Assembly: GCF_009931435.1 (NCBI RefSeq)
Contig: NZ_CP043414.1
Length of the DNA: 64,000 nucleotides
Origin: Escherichia coli
Lineage (GTDB): Bacteria; Pseudomonadota; Gammaproteobacteria; Enterobacterales; Enterobacteriaceae
Reading direction: 5' to 3' (one strand)
Under the pieces are notes generated by a model that worked only from the letters and a program-made list of their open reading frames with translations, had not been told where the DNA came from and made no database searches. Within the stretch, counting starts at the first letter, position 1; each line of letters starts with the position of its first letter. Below, in pieces: positions 14,124 through 29,248 of this stretch. The translations under genes and the position numbers were made by a program.

Positions 14124-14483
14124 TTATCCACGTTTCAGTTTAAGCGCCAATGATAGAGCATTCTGTGATAGTGGATCATGGGGAAAGATCACATCGGGCC
14201 GTAAATCACCAGGATACATACCCGTAATTGCGGGAATTTTTTGCGGTTTAGCGAAAACGGTCAGTCCTTTCATAAACAAGGTATCGACGATGCGCTGCTG
14301 ATCGTCCAGGGCGATGGCGACCACGACCCGCGGTTTAAAGCGTCCGCTGGAACGGCCCACGCCAACCCGCCCTTGCTGGCATAGTGTGTCGAAGGCACGG
14401 TTAAAACGAGAAATTTGCCAGCCGCCTAAGGCCAGTTGCGCACACCAGGCGATAACGGCGACGGTGATGAGTGCGGATACCAT
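14124..14483 (-). CDS. srlM: Glucitol operon activator
   Basis: 119-aa ORF immediately downstream of srlD, length and position as for GutM. Confidence 0.88.
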   Translation of the reverse strand: MVSALITVAVIAWCAQLALGGWQISRFNRAFDTLCQQGRVGVGRSSGRFKPRVVVAIALDDQQRIVDTLFMKGLTVFAKPQKIPAITGMYPGDLRPDVIFPHDPLSQNALSLALKLKRG

Positions 14484-14518
14484 AACTTTTCCTTAATGTA
14501 GTGGCGGAAGTCCTGTAT

Positions 14519-14582
14519 GCCTGATGCGCGTAGCGCATCAGGCATTCTATTAGTCTCGCGGAGATCCTTAACGGATCTCCGC
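14519..14582. other. Two strong inverted repeats in the srlD-gutM spacer
   Basis: gcctgatgcgcgtagcgcatcaggc (14519-14543) and gcggagatccttaacggatctccgc (14558-14582; perfect 10-bp stem); no adjacent T-run. Confidence 0.45.
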
Positions 14583-14588
14583 TGTTGA

Positions 14589-15743
<1,155 letters not shown>

Positions 15744-15753
15744 GTTTCAGCCT

Positions 15754-17291
<1,538 letters not shown>

Positions 17292-17528
17292 TTATTGTTT
17301 TATTACCAAACGGCAACCTAATCTAATCAGATTGAAAGATTTAAAAGTGTTATTTTGATCGCAAAATGAAAGATAAATATTTTAATTTGAAAGTTTATAT
17401 AAAAGGATAGTGAGGCGGATGAGTTGAGTTATGTAAAGTCCGTATCGGGCAGTGACTACCGCTTCCTTGTGCGGGGCGTGATGCTTTACCATACTTGCCC
17501 CTGGTTGAATCTGTTAAATGGACCCCTC

Positions 17529-18614
17529 ATGTTCAAGCGTCGTTATGTAACATTGCTTCCCCTTTTTGTGTTGCTTGCCGCCTGTAGCAGCAAGCCAAAA
17601 CCTACTGAGACTGAAACGACCACCGGAACGCCGTCTGGCGGCTTCCTGCTTGAGCCGCAGCACAATGTGATGCAGATGGGCGGCGATTTCGCTAACAACC
17701 CGAATGCCCAGCAGTTCATCGACAAAATGGTGAACAAACACGGTTTCAATCGTCAGCAGTTGCAGGAAATTCTCTCCCAGGCGAAACGTCTGGATTCGGT
17801 ATTGCGGCTGATGGATAACCAGGCACCAACCACATCGGTGAAGCCGCCATCAGGTCCGAACGGCGCATGGCTGCGTTATCGCAAAAAATTTATTACGCCG
17901 GACAACGTGCAAAACGGCGTGGTTTTCTGGAATCAGTATGAAGATGCGCTGAATCGCGCATGGCAAGTGTATGGCGTACCGCCAGAAATCATCGTCGGGA
18001 TTATCGGCGTCGAAACTCGCTGGGGACGCGTGATGGGGAAAACTCGTATCCTCGATGCGCTGGCAACGTTGTCATTTAACTACCCACGCCGCGCGGAGTA
18101 TTTCTCTGGTGAGCTGGAAACCTTCTTGCTGATGGCGCGCGATGAGCAGGACGATCCGCTCAATCTGAAAGGTTCCTTTGCCGGGGCGATGGGCTACGGA
18201 CAGTTTATGCCATCGTCTTATAAACAATATGCGGTAGATTTCAGCGGCGACGGGCATATCAACCTGTGGGATCCGGTTGATGCCATCGGTAGCGTGGCGA
18301 ACTATTTCAAAGCGCACGGCTGGGTGAAAGGTGATCAGGTTGCGGTAATGGCAAACGGTCAGGCTCCAGGCTTGCCAAATGGCTTCAAAACCAAGTACAG
18401 CATTTCGCAGCTTGCCGCGGCAGGTTTAACGCCACAGCAGCCGCTGGGCAACCATCAGCAGGCCAGCTTACTGCGCCTGGATGTTGGCACCGGTTACCAG
18501 TACTGGTACGGTTTGCCGAACTTCTACACTATCACCCGTTACAATCACAGCACCCATTACGCAATGGCCGTCTGGCAGTTAGGACAAGCCGTGGCACTGG
18601 CGCGCGTGCAGTAA
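17529..18614 (+). CDS. mltB: Membrane-bound lytic murein transglycosylase B (lipoprotein)
   Basis: Track ORF 17424-18614; ATG at 17529 gives MFKRRYVTLLPLFVLLAACSSK (lipobox LAAC), 361 aa. Confidence 0.9.
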   Translation: MFKRRYVTLLPLFVLLAACSSKPKPTETETTTGTPSGGFLLEPQHNVMQMGGDFANNPNAQQFIDKMVNKHGFNRQQLQEILSQAKRLDSVLRLMDNQAPTTSVKPPSGPNGAWLRYRKKFITPDNVQNGVVFWNQYEDALNRAWQVYGVPPEIIVGIIGVETRWGRVMGKTRILDALATLSFNYPRRAEYFSGELETFLLMARDEQDDPLNLKGSFAGAMGYGQFMPSSYKQYAVDFSGDGHINLWDPVDAIGSVANYFKAHGWVKGDQVAVMANGQAPGLPNGFKTKYSISQLAAAGLTPQQPLGNHQQASLLRLDVGTGYQYWYGLPNFYTITRYNHSTHYAMAVWQLGQAVALARVQ

Positions 18615-18623
18615 CTCTTTGCA

Positions 18624-18652
18624 AGAGGGAGGTTAAACTTCCCTCTGTTTTC
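18624..18652 (+). terminator. Rho-independent terminator after mltB
   Basis: Perfect 7-bp stem agaggga/tccctct with 9-nt loop followed by GTTTT, 10 nt after the mltB stop. Confidence 0.5.
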
Positions 18653-18892
18653 TTACTGTTTATTCGAATGACGTAATTGCTTGATTTTTTTCGACAGCGA
18701 TATCGCATATCCCAGGCAGACAACGCCTAACGCAGCCTGACCGAAGTCGAAAGGTTCAAGGTAGCCAGAAGATAAAATTTTACATATCACTGAAACCAGT
18801 GCGCCGATGCCACCAATGATGACCCAAATACGCATTTGCGTGGTTTGTTTAAGCACGTTTTGTGGCGTGTTATCCGTTTTCTTTGTTGCCAT
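18653..18892 (-). CDS. Hypothetical small membrane protein (79 aa)
   Basis: Internal ATG of track ORF 18653-19150 preceded by GGGAGA SD 8 nt upstream; product MATKKTDNTPQNVLKQTTQMRIWVIIGGIGALVSVICKILSSGYLEPFDFGQAALGVVCLGYAISLSKKIKQLRHSNKQ has two hydrophobic segments and a basic tail. Not recognised as any named gene. Confidence 0.35.
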   Translation of the reverse strand: MATKKTDNTPQNVLKQTTQMRIWVIIGGIGALVSVICKILSSGYLEPFDFGQAALGVVCLGYAISLSKKIKQLRHSNKQ

Positions 18893-19074
18893 TGCTATTC
18901 TCTCCCTGTGAATACATATCAATGTGAACGCGGCATGGTAGCGCTTTTTCTTTACCGACTGGTCGCAACAGTCTTTTTCCGGAACGCAACTCGTAAAATG
19001 AATCGCTCGTCCCCATCTTCTGCGGGAAAGTGCTATCTTGTCCGGCATATATTTTTTGACTGACTGAGGTTGTG

Positions 19075-19572
19075 ATGATTGACAGTGAACTGATGCAGTT
19101 AAGCGAACAGGTAGGGCAGGCGCTGAAAGCCCGTGGCGCAACCGTAACAACTGCCGAGTCTTGTACCGGCGGTTGGGTAGCGAAAGTGATTACCGATATT
19201 GCCGGTAGTTCCGCCTGGTTTGAACGCGGATTTGTCACCTACAGTAACGAAGCCAAAGCGCAGATGATCGGCGTACGCGAAGAGACGCTGGCGCAGCACG
19301 GCGCGGTGAGCGAACCCGTCGTGGTGGAAATGGCGATAGGCGCACTGAAAGCGGCTCGTGCTGATTATGCCGTGTCTATTAGTGGTATCGCCGGGCCGGA
19401 TGGCGGCAGTGAAGAGAAGCCTGTTGGCACCGTCTGGTTTGCTTTTGCCACTGCCCGTGGAGAAGGCATTACCCGGCGGGAATGCTTCAGCGGTGACCGT
19501 GATGCGGTGCGTCGTCAGGCTACTGCGTATGCATTGCAGACCTTGTGGCAACAATTTCTACAAAACACTTGA
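19075..19572 (+). CDS. pncC: NMN amidohydrolase (CinA-like C-terminal domain protein)
   Basis: ATG at 19075 (GAGG SD upstream) gives MIDSELMQLSEQVGQALKARGAT..., 165 aa; immediately upstream of recA. Confidence 0.9.
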   Translation: MIDSELMQLSEQVGQALKARGATVTTAESCTGGWVAKVITDIAGSSAWFERGFVTYSNEAKAQMIGVREETLAQHGAVSEPVVVEMAIGALKAARADYAVSISGIAGPDGGSEEKPVGTVWFAFATARGEGITRRECFSGDRDAVRRQATAYALQTLWQQFLQNT

Positions 19573-20713
<1,141 letters not shown>

Positions 20714-20733
20714 TCGTCTTGTTTGATACACAA

Positions 20734-20762
20734 GGGTCGCATCTGCGGCCCTTTTGCTTTTT
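20734..20762 (+). terminator. Hairpin plus T-tract after recA (partial terminator before recX)
   Basis: gggtcgcatctgcggccc followed by ttttgctttttt, 20 nt after recA stop. Confidence 0.5.
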
Positions 20763-20781
20763 TAAGTTGTAAGGATATGCC

Positions 20782-21282
20782 ATGACAGAATCAACGTCCC
20801 GTCGCCCGGCATATGCTCGCCTGTTGGATCGTGCGGTACGCATTCTGGCGGTGCGCGATCACAGTGAGCAAGAACTGCGACGTAAACTCGCGGCACCGAT
20901 TATGGGCAAAAATGGCCCGGAAGAGATTGATGCCACGGCAGAAGATTACGAGCGCGTTATCGCCTGGTGCCATGAACATGGCTATCTCGATGACAGCCGA
21001 TTTGTGGCGCGCTTTATCGCCAGCCGGAGCCGCAAAGGTTACGGTCCGGCGCGTATCCGTCAGGAACTGAATCAGAAAGGTCTTTCCCGCGAGGCGACAG
21101 AAAAAGCGATGCGTGAATGTGACATCGACTGGTGTGCACTGGCGCGCGATCAGGCGACGCGAAAATATGGCGAACCTTTGCCAACTGTCTTTTCAGAAAA
21201 AGTTAAGATCCAGCGTTTTCTGCTCTATCGCGGCTATCTGATGGAGGATATCCAGGATATTTGGCGAAATTTTGCCGACTGA
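20782..21282 (+). CDS. recX: RecA regulator RecX
   Basis: 166-aa ORF directly downstream of recA. Confidence 0.92.
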   Translation: MTESTSRRPAYARLLDRAVRILAVRDHSEQELRRKLAAPIMGKNGPEEIDATAEDYERVIAWCHEHGYLDDSRFVARFIASRSRKGYGPARIRQELNQKGLSREATEKAMRECDIDWCALARDQATRKYGEPLPTVFSEKVKIQRFLLYRGYLMEDIQDIWRNFAD

Positions 21283-21409
21283 ACGCATACGGTATTTTAC
21301 TTCCCAGTCAAGAAAACTTATCTTATTCCCACTTTTCAGTTACCAGCCCGGCGGTTAAGACACGCTGTCGCTGGTGGCGATATTTCGTTAGCTTGATTTC
21401 AGGATAATT

Positions 21410-24040
21410 ATGAGCAAGAGCACCGCTGAGATCCGTCAGGCGTTTCTCGACTTTTTCCATAGTAAGGGACATCAGGTAGTTGCCAGCAGCTCCCTGGTAC
21501 CCCATAACGACCCAACTTTGTTGTTTACCAACGCCGGGATGAACCAGTTCAAGGATGTGTTCCTTGGGCTCGACAAGCGTAATTATTCCCGCGCTACCAC
21601 TTCCCAACGCTGCGTGCGTGCGGGTGGTAAACACAACGACCTGGAAAACGTCGGTTACACCGCGCGTCACCATACCTTCTTCGAAATGCTGGGCAACTTC
21701 AGCTTCGGCGACTATTTCAAACACGATGCTATTCAGTTTGCATGGGAACTGCTGACCAGCGAAAAATGGTTTGCCCTGCCGAAAGAGCGTCTGTGGGTTA
21801 CCGTCTATGAAAGCGACGACGAAGCCTACGAAATCTGGGAAAAAGAAGTAGGGATCCCGCGCGAACGTATTATTCGCATCGGCGATAACAAAGGTGCGCC
21901 ATACGCATCTGACAACTTCTGGCAGATGGGTGACACTGGTCCGTGTGGCCCGTGCACCGAAATCTTCTACGATCACGGCGACCACATTTGGGGTGGCCCT
22001 CCGGGAAGTCCGGAAGAAGACGGCGATCGCTACATTGAGATCTGGAACATCGTCTTCATGCAGTTCAACCGCCAGGCAGATGGTACGATGGAACCGCTGC
22101 CGAAGCCGTCTGTGGATACCGGTATGGGGCTGGAACGTATTGCTGCGGTGCTGCAACACGTTAACTCTAACTATGACATCGACCTGTTCCGCACGCTGAT
22201 CCAGGAGGTAGCGAAAGTCACTGGCGCGACCGATCTGAGCAATAAATCGCTGCGCGTAATCGCTGACCACATTCGTTCTTGTGCGTTCCTGATCGCGGAT
22301 GGCGTAATGCCGTCCAACGAAAACCGTGGTTATGTACTGCGTCGTATCATTCGTCGCGCAGTGCGTCACGGCAATATGCTGGGCGCGAAAGAAACTTTCT
22401 TCTACAAACTGGTTGGTCCGCTGATCGACGTTATGGGCTCTGCGGGTGAAGACCTGAAACGCCAGCAGGCACAGGTTGAGCAGGTGCTGAAGACTGAAGA
22501 AGAACAGTTTGCCCGCACTCTGGAGCGCGGTCTGGCGCTGCTGGACGAAGAGCTGGCGAAACTTTCTGGCGATACGCTGGATGGCGAAACTGCTTTCCGT
22601 CTGTACGACACCTACGGTTTCCCAGTTGACCTGACGGCTGATGTTTGTCGTGAACGCAACATCAAAGTTGACGAAGCTGGTTTTGAAGCAGCAATGGAAG
22701 AGCAGCGTCGTCGTGCGCGCGAAGCCAGCGGCTTTGGTGCCGATTACAACGCAATGATCCGTGTTGACAGTGCATCTGAATTTAAAGGCTATGACCATCT
22801 GGAAGTGAACGGCAAAGTGACTGCGCTGTTTGTTGATGGTAAAGCGGTTGATGCCATCAATGCAGGCCAGGAAGCGGTAGTCGTGCTGGATCAAACGCCA
22901 TTCTATGCGGAATCTGGCGGTCAGGTTGGCGATAAAGGCGAACTGAAAGGCGTTAACTTCTCCTTTGCGGTGGAAGATACGCAGAAATACGGCCAGGCGA
23001 TTGGTCACATCGGTAAACTTGCTGCGGGTTCTCTGAAAGTGGGCGACGCGGTGCAGGCTGATGTTGATGAGGCTCGTCGCGCTCGTATTCGTCTGAATCA
23101 CTCCGCAACGCACCTGATGCACGCTGCGCTGCGCCAGGTTTTGGGTACTCATGTATCGCAGAAAGGTTCACTGGTTAACGACAAAGTGCTGCGCTTCGAC
23201 TTCTCACACAACGAAGCGATGAAACCAGAAGAGATTCGTGCGGTTGAAGACCTGGTGAACGCGCAGATTCGCCGTAACTTGCCGATCGAAACCAACATCA
23301 TGGATCTCGAAGCGGCGAAAGCGAAAGGTGCGATGGCTCTGTTTGGCGAGAAGTATGATGAGCGCGTACGCGTGCTGAGCATGGGCGATTTCTCCACCGA
23401 GCTGTGTGGCGGTACTCACGCCAGCCGCACCGGTGATATTGGTCTGTTCCGCATCATCTCTGAATCGGGTACTGCTGCAGGTGTTCGTCGTATCGAAGCG
23501 GTAACCGGAGAAGGCGCTATCGCCACCGTTCATGCAGACAGCGATCGCTTAAGCGAAGTCGCACATCTGCTGAAAGGCGATAGCAATAATGTGGCTGATA
23601 AAGTGCGTTCAGTACTGGAACGTACGCGTCAGCTGGAAAAAGAGTTACAACAGCTTAAAGAACAAGCAGCCGCACAGGAGAGCGCAAATCTTTCCATTAA
23701 GGCAATTGATGTTAATGGTGTTAAGCTGTTGGTTAGCGAGCTTAGCGGTGTTGAGCCGAAAATGTTGCGTACCATGGTTGACGATTTAAAAAATCAGCTG
23801 GGGTCGACAATTATCGTGCTGGCAACGGTAGCCGAAGGTAAGGTTTCTCTGATTGCAGGCGTATCTAAGGACGTCACAGATCGTGTGAAAGCAGGGGAAC
23901 TGATTGGTATGGTCGCTCAGCAGGTGGGCGGCAAGGGTGGTGGACGTCCTGACATGGCGCAAGCCGGTGGTACGGATGCTGCGGCCTTACCTGCAGCGTT
24001 AGCCAGTGTGAAAGGCTGGGTCAGCGCGAAATTGCAATAA
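21410..24040 (+). CDS. alaS: Alanine--tRNA ligase
   Basis: 876-aa [27 protein letters not shown]..., class II aaRS motifs. Confidence 0.97.
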   Translation: MSKSTAEIRQAFLDFFHSKGHQVVASSSLVPHNDPTLLFTNAGMNQFKDVFLGLDKRNYSRATTSQRCVRAGGKHNDLENVGYTARHHTFFEMLGNFSFGDYFKHDAIQFAWELLTSEKWFALPKERLWVTVYESDDEAYEIWEKEVGIPRERIIRIGDNKGAPYASDNFWQMGDTGPCGPCTEIFYDHGDHIWGGPPGSPEEDGDRYIEIWNIVFMQFNRQADGTMEPLPKPSVDTGMGLERIAAVLQHVNSNYDIDLFRTLIQEVAKVTGATDLSNKSLRVIADHIRSCAFLIADGVMPSNENRGYVLRRIIRRAVRHGNMLGAKETFFYKLVGPLIDVMGSAGEDLKRQQAQVEQVLKTEEEQFARTLERGLALLDEELAKLSGDTLDGETAFRLYDTYGFPVDLTADVCRERNIKVDEAGFEAAMEEQRRRAREASGFGADYNAMIRVDSASEFKGYDHLEVNGKVTALFVDGKAVDAINAGQEAVVVLDQTPFYAESGGQVGDKGELKGVNFSFAVEDTQKYGQAIGHIGKLAAGSLKVGDAVQADVDEARRARIRLNHSATHLMHAALRQVLGTHVSQKGSLVNDKVLRFDFSHNEAMKPEEIRAVEDLVNAQIRRNLPIETNIMDLEAAKAKGAMALFGEKYDERVRVLSMGDFSTELCGGTHASRTGDIGLFRIISESGTAAGVRRIEAVTGEGAIATVHADSDRLSEVAHLLKGDSNNVADKVRSVLERTRQLEKELQQLKEQAAAQESANLSIKAIDVNGVKLLVSELSGVEPKMLRTMVDDLKNQLGSTIIVLATVAEGKVSLIAGVSKDVTDRVKAGELIGMVAQQVGGKGGGRPDMAQAGGTDAAALPAALASVKGWVSAKLQ

Positions 24041-24274
24041 TATAAGCGCCAGGCAATGCCGTGGACTCGCTTCACGGCATTCGCATTAACGCTATCGACA
24101 ACGATAAAGTCAGGTTGAAGTTGTGTATATCGGCTAAACTTAGGTTTAACAGAATGTAATGCCATGACTGCTTACATGTAATGTGTTTGTCATTGCTTAC
24201 TTTTTGGCGTTATATGATGGATAATGCCGGGATACAGAGAGACCCGACTCTTTTAATCTTTCAAGGAGCAAAGA

Positions 24275-24460
24275 ATGCTGATTCTGACTCGTCGAGTTGG
24301 TGAGACCCTCATGATTGGGGATGAGGTCACCGTGACAGTTTTAGGGGTAAAGGGCAACCAGGTACGTATTGGCGTAAATGCCCCGAAGGAAGTTTCTGTT
24401 CACCGTGAAGAGATCTACCAGCGTATCCAGGCTGAAAAATCCCAGCAGTCCAGTTACTAA
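24275..24460 (+). CDS. csrA: Carbon storage regulator (RNA-binding global regulator)
   Basis: 61-aa [64 protein letters not shown], full-length match to CsrA. Confidence 0.97.
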
Positions 24461-24774
24461 TCTTTCCGCGTCTCATCTTTATCGGTGAGACGCACCCTCA
24501 AAATTCCTCCTTCACTCCATTGTTTTTTCGCTTTACTCCCGTTCATTCAACTTTAGTCTCCATTTTTTGCATTACTGCTATCTGTCAGACCTCCGTTTTT
24601 CTGTTGATAAAACACTCTTTTTGACGTTTTTACAGACTAATTGAGTGTGAATTGTGCAAACGATAAAAGTGTGGGAAAAATTGTTTGACTTATAAGTCTC
24701 AGAAAGTAATATGTGCGCCACGCAGCGACGATGAGCGATAAACAAGTTCTTCGAAGCACTCGTAAGAGGCGTGT

Positions 24775-24867
24775 GGTGAGGTGGCCGAGAGGCTGAAGGC
24801 GCTCCCCTGCTAAGGGAGTATGCGGTCAAAAGCTGCATCCGGGGTTCGAATCCCCGCCTCACCGCCA
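24775..24867 (+). tRNA. serV: tRNA-Ser (anticodon GCU)
   Basis: 93-nt sequence GGTGAGGTGGCCGAGAGGCUGAAGG...CCGCCUCACCGCCA with long variable arm and anticodon loop CCUGCUAAG. Confidence 0.93.
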
Positions 24868-24870
24868 TTT

Positions 24871-24947
24871 GCATCCGTAGCTCAGCTGGATAGAGTACTC
24901 GGCTACGAACCGAGCGGTCGGAGGTTCGAATCCTCCCGGATGCACCA
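24871..24947 (+). tRNA. argV: tRNA-Arg (anticodon ACG)
   Basis: GCATCCGTAGCTCAGCTGGATAGAGTACTCGGCTACGAACCGAGCGGTCGGAGGTTCGAATCCTCCCGGATGCACCA; 3 nt after serV. Confidence 0.93.
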
Positions 24948-25082
24948 TATTCTACGAAATCTTCAGCAATGAAGGTGTCGAAGAGGTGGCGGTACTAACC
25001 GCAAGCACCAGGGAGGATAACGTTGCTTTAGCAACGGCCCGAAGGGCGAGCCGTAAGGCGAGTAATCCTCCCGGATGCACCA
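24948..25082 (+). repeat. Spacer repeat unit ending in a tRNA-Arg 3'-terminal fragment (aatcctcccggatgcacca)
   Basis: About 135-nt unit after argV; its last 19 nt duplicate the T-arm/acceptor 3' end plus CCA of tRNA-Arg without the rest of the tRNA. Confidence 0.6.
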
Positions 25083-25146
25083 TCTCTTACTTGATACGGC
25101 TTTAGTAGCGGTATCAAAAAATCTGCAGTAAAGTAAGTTTCCCGAT

Positions 25147-25223
25147 GCATCCGTAGCTCAGCTGGATAGAGTACTCGGCTACGAACCGAGCGGTCGGAGG
25201 TTCGAATCCTCCCGGATGCACCA
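25147..25223 (+). tRNA. argY: tRNA-Arg (anticodon ACG)
   Basis: Identical 77-nt tRNA-Arg copy; spacing to neighbours (276 and 140 nt) matches the argVYZQ arrangement as I recall it. Confidence 0.9.
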
Positions 25224-25286
25224 TCTCTTACTTGATATGGCTTTAGTAGCGATATCAATATCAGCAGTAAAGTAAGTTCTCCCGAT

Positions 25287-25363
25287 GCATCCGTAGCTCA
25301 GCTGGATAGAGTACTCGGCTACGAACCGAGCGGTCGGAGGTTCGAATCCTCCCGGATGCACCA
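25287..25363 (+). tRNA. argZ: tRNA-Arg (anticodon ACG)
   Basis: Identical 77-nt tRNA-Arg copy. Confidence 0.9.
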
Positions 25364-25498
25364 TATTCTCCGAAATCTTCAGCAATGAAGATATCGAAGA
25401 GGTAGCGGAATTAACCGCAGGCACCAGGAAGGATAACGTTGCTTTAGCAACGGCCCGAAGGGCGAGCCGCAAGGCGAGTAATCCTCCCGGATGCACCA
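25364..25498 (+). repeat. Spacer repeat unit ending in a tRNA-Arg 3'-terminal fragment
   Basis: Near-identical copy of the 24948-25082 unit after argZ. Confidence 0.6.
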
Positions 25499-25561
25499 TC
25501 TCTTATTTGATATGGCTTTAGTAGCGGTATCAATATCAGCAGTAAAGTAATTTCTCCCGAT

Positions 25562-25638
25562 GCATCCGTAGCTCAGCTGGATAGAGTACTCGGCTACGAA
25601 CCGAGCGGTCGGAGGTTCGAATCCTCCCGGATGCACCA
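25562..25638 (+). tRNA. argQ: tRNA-Arg (anticodon ACG)
   Basis: Identical 77-nt tRNA-Arg copy; last gene of the operon. Confidence 0.9.
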
Positions 25639-25771
25639 TATTCTCCGTAATCTTCAGCGATGATGGTATGGAAGAGGCGATGGTAATCACCGTCTGCTCC
25701 AGGGAGGATAACGTTGCGGCAGCAACGGCCCGAAGGGCGAACGCCAGTGAGTCATCCTCCCGGATGCACCA
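25639..25771 (+). repeat. Spacer repeat unit ending in a tRNA-Arg 3'-terminal fragment (diverged copy)
   Basis: Third, more diverged copy after argQ, ending tcatcctcccggatgcacca. Confidence 0.55.
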
Positions 25772-25918
25772 TCTTCTGCAAAAAATCCCCTTCAAAAATA
25801 TTTCATTTCTAAATAACTATTTTATCCATTTCCTGAATATTCTTCTCCTTCGCCATCAGCGACAAAATCAAGCAATTACGCTAAAGTAGCGTCATATTTT
25901 TCGACTTGCGAGAAGACC

Positions 25919-26485
25919 ATGTACGAGCGTTATGCAGGTTTAATTTTTGATATGGATGGCACAATCCTGGATACGGAGCCTACGCACCGTAAAGCGTGGC
26001 GCGAAGTATTAGGGCACTACGGTCTTCAGTACGATGTTCAGGCGATGATTGCGCTTAATGGCTCGCCCACGTGGCGCATTGCTCAGGCGATTATTGAACT
26101 GAATCAGGCCGATCTCGACCCGCATGCGCTGGCGCGTGAAAAAACAGAAGCAGTCAGAAGCATGTTACTCGATAGCGTCGAACCACTCCCCCTTGTTGAA
26201 GTGGTGAAAAGCTGGCACGGACGTCGACCAATGGCTGTAGGAACGGGGAGTGAAAGCGCCATCGCTGAGGCACTGCTAACGCACCTGGGATTACGCCGTT
26301 ATTTTGACGCCGTCGTTGCTGCCGATCACGTCAAACATCATAAACCTGCGCCAGACACATTTTTATTGTGCGCGCAGCGTATGGGCGTGCAACCAACGCA
26401 GTGTGTGGTCTTTGAAGATGCCGATTTCGGTATTCAGGCGGCCCGTGCTGCAGGCATGGACGCTGTGGATGTTCGCTTGCTGTGA
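25919..26485 (+). CDS. yqaB: HAD-superfamily sugar phosphatase (fructose-1-phosphatase)
   Basis: 188-aa ORF with HAD motif I FDMDGTILDTEP. Confidence 0.9.
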   Translation: MYERYAGLIFDMDGTILDTEPTHRKAWREVLGHYGLQYDVQAMIALNGSPTWRIAQAIIELNQADLDPHALAREKTEAVRSMLLDSVEPLPLVEVVKSWHGRRPMAVGTGSESAIAEALLTHLGLRRYFDAVVAADHVKHHKPAPDTFLLCAQRMGVQPTQCVVFEDADFGIQAARAAGMDAVDVRLL

Positions 26486-26910
26486 GTGAAGCTTTATCGC
26501 TTTTCTCGTTGTTTGCCAGTAGTTTCCTCAGCGCTACACTATTACCCGGTAATTCCGAAGTCGTGCTGGTTGCAATGTTGCTTTCCGGGGTAAGTCATCC
26601 CTGGGTTTTAGTTTTAACAGCAACAATGGGTAATAGCCTTGGAGGGTTAACTAACGTTATCCTTGGGCGTTTCTTTCCATTGCGTAAAACATCGCGCTGG
26701 CAAGAGAAAGCTACCGGCTGGCTGAAACGCTATGGTGCAGTCACGCTATTATTAAGCTGGATGCCCGTGGTTGGCGATTTACTGTGTCTGTTAGCGGGAT
26801 GGATGCGCATCTCCTGGGGGCCAGTAATCTTTTTTTTGTGCCTTGGTAAAGCGTTACGCTATGTTGCAGTTGCAGCAGCGACCGTTCAGGGCATGATGTG
26901 GTGGCACTAA
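26482..26910 (+). CDS. yqaA: DedA/SNARE-associated inner membrane protein
   Basis: 142-aa hydrophobic ORF, 4-nt overlap with yqaB. Confidence 0.88.
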   Translation: MSEALSLFSLFASSFLSATLLPGNSEVVLVAMLLSGVSHPWVLVLTATMGNSLGGLTNVILGRFFPLRKTSRWQEKATGWLKRYGAVTLLLSWMPVVGDLLCLLAGWMRISWGPVIFFLCLGKALRYVAVAAATVQGMMWWH

Positions 26911-26955
26911 TTGTAGGCCTGCACACATGGTCACCATTACAGTTATGCTAATTAA

Positions 26956-28539
<1,584 letters not shown>

Positions 28540-28547
28540 CAGAAAAG

Positions 28548-28620
28548 AAAAAGGCCACTCGTGAGTGGCCAAAATTTCATCTCTGAATTCAGGGATGATG
28601 ATAACAAATGCGCGTCTTTC
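28548..28620 (-). ncRNA. micA: MicA (SraD) small regulatory RNA
   Basis: Minus strand reads GAAAGACGCGCATTTGTTATCATCATCCCTGAATTCAGAGATGAAATTTTGGCCACTCACGAGTGGCCTTTTT, the MicA sequence as I recall it, with its terminator hairpin GGCCACTCACGAGTGGCC and T-run; located between gshA and luxS. Confidence 0.85.
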
Positions 28621-28688
28621 ATATACTCAGACTCGCCTGGGAAGAAAGAGTTCAGAAAATTTTTAAAAAAATTACCGGAGGTGGCTAA

Positions 28689-29204
28689 ATGCCGTTGTTA
28701 GATAGCTTCACAGTCGATCATACCCGGATGGAAGCGCCTGCAGTTCGGGTGGCGAAAACAATGAACACCCCGCATGGCGACGCAATCACCGTGTTCGATC
28801 TGCGCTTCTGCGTGCCGAACAAAGAAGTGATGCCAGAAAGAGGGATCCATACCCTGGAGCACCTGTTTGCTGGTTTTATGCGTAACCATCTTAACGGTAA
28901 TGGCGTTGAGATTATCGATATCTCGCCAATGGGCTGCCGCACCGGTTTTTATATGAGTCTGATTGGTACGCCAGATGAGCAGCGTGTTGCTGATGCCTGG
29001 AAAGCGGCAATGGAAGACGTGCTGAAAGTGCAGGATCAGAATCAGATCCCGGAACTGAACGTCTACCAGTGTGGTACTTATCAGATGCATTCGTTGCAGG
29101 AAGCGCAGGATATTGCGCGTAATATCCTGGAACGTGACGTACGCATCAACAGCAACGAAGAGTTGGCGCTGCCGAAAGAAAAGTTGCAGGAATTGCACAT
29201 CTAG
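28689..29204 (+). CDS. luxS: S-ribosylhomocysteine lyase (AI-2 synthase)
   Basis: 171-aa [34 protein letters not shown]..., HxxEH metal motif (HTLEHL). Confidence 0.96.
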   Translation: MPLLDSFTVDHTRMEAPAVRVAKTMNTPHGDAITVFDLRFCVPNKEVMPERGIHTLEHLFAGFMRNHLNGNGVEIIDISPMGCRTGFYMSLIGTPDEQRVADAWKAAMEDVLKVQDQNQIPELNVYQCGTYQMHSLQEAQDIARNILERDVRINSNEELALPKEKLQELHI

Positions 29205-29217
29205 TCAATTGAAGAGG

Positions 29218-29247
29218 CCGGGCAGGTGATATCACCGCCCGGTTTTT
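29218..29247 (+). terminator. Rho-independent terminator of luxS
   Basis: ccgggcaggtgat/atcaccgcccgg hairpin followed by TTTTT, 14 nt after the luxS stop; abuts the stop codon of the convergent 370-aa ORF. Confidence 0.6.
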
Positions 29248-29248
29248 A

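Noticed and set aside
21323-23152. 609-aa ORF on the minus strand
   Set aside because: Lies entirely antisense to alaS, whose 876-aa product is unmistakable; the track appears to accept GTG/TTG starts, which inflates antisense ORFs in high-GC coding DNA.
24468-24493. Hairpin gcgtctca...tgagacgc just after csrA
   Set aside because: Good stem but no following T-run; not called as a terminator, may be an RNA stability element.
24578-24874. 98-aa minus-strand ORF
   Set aside because: Overlaps serV tRNA and the csrA downstream spacer; no SD, antisense to a tRNA.
25028-25795. Three overlapping minus-strand ORFs (76-138 aa) with repetitive products
   Set aside because: They run antisense through the four tRNA-Arg genes and their repeated spacers; the repetition in the peptides just mirrors the DNA repeats.
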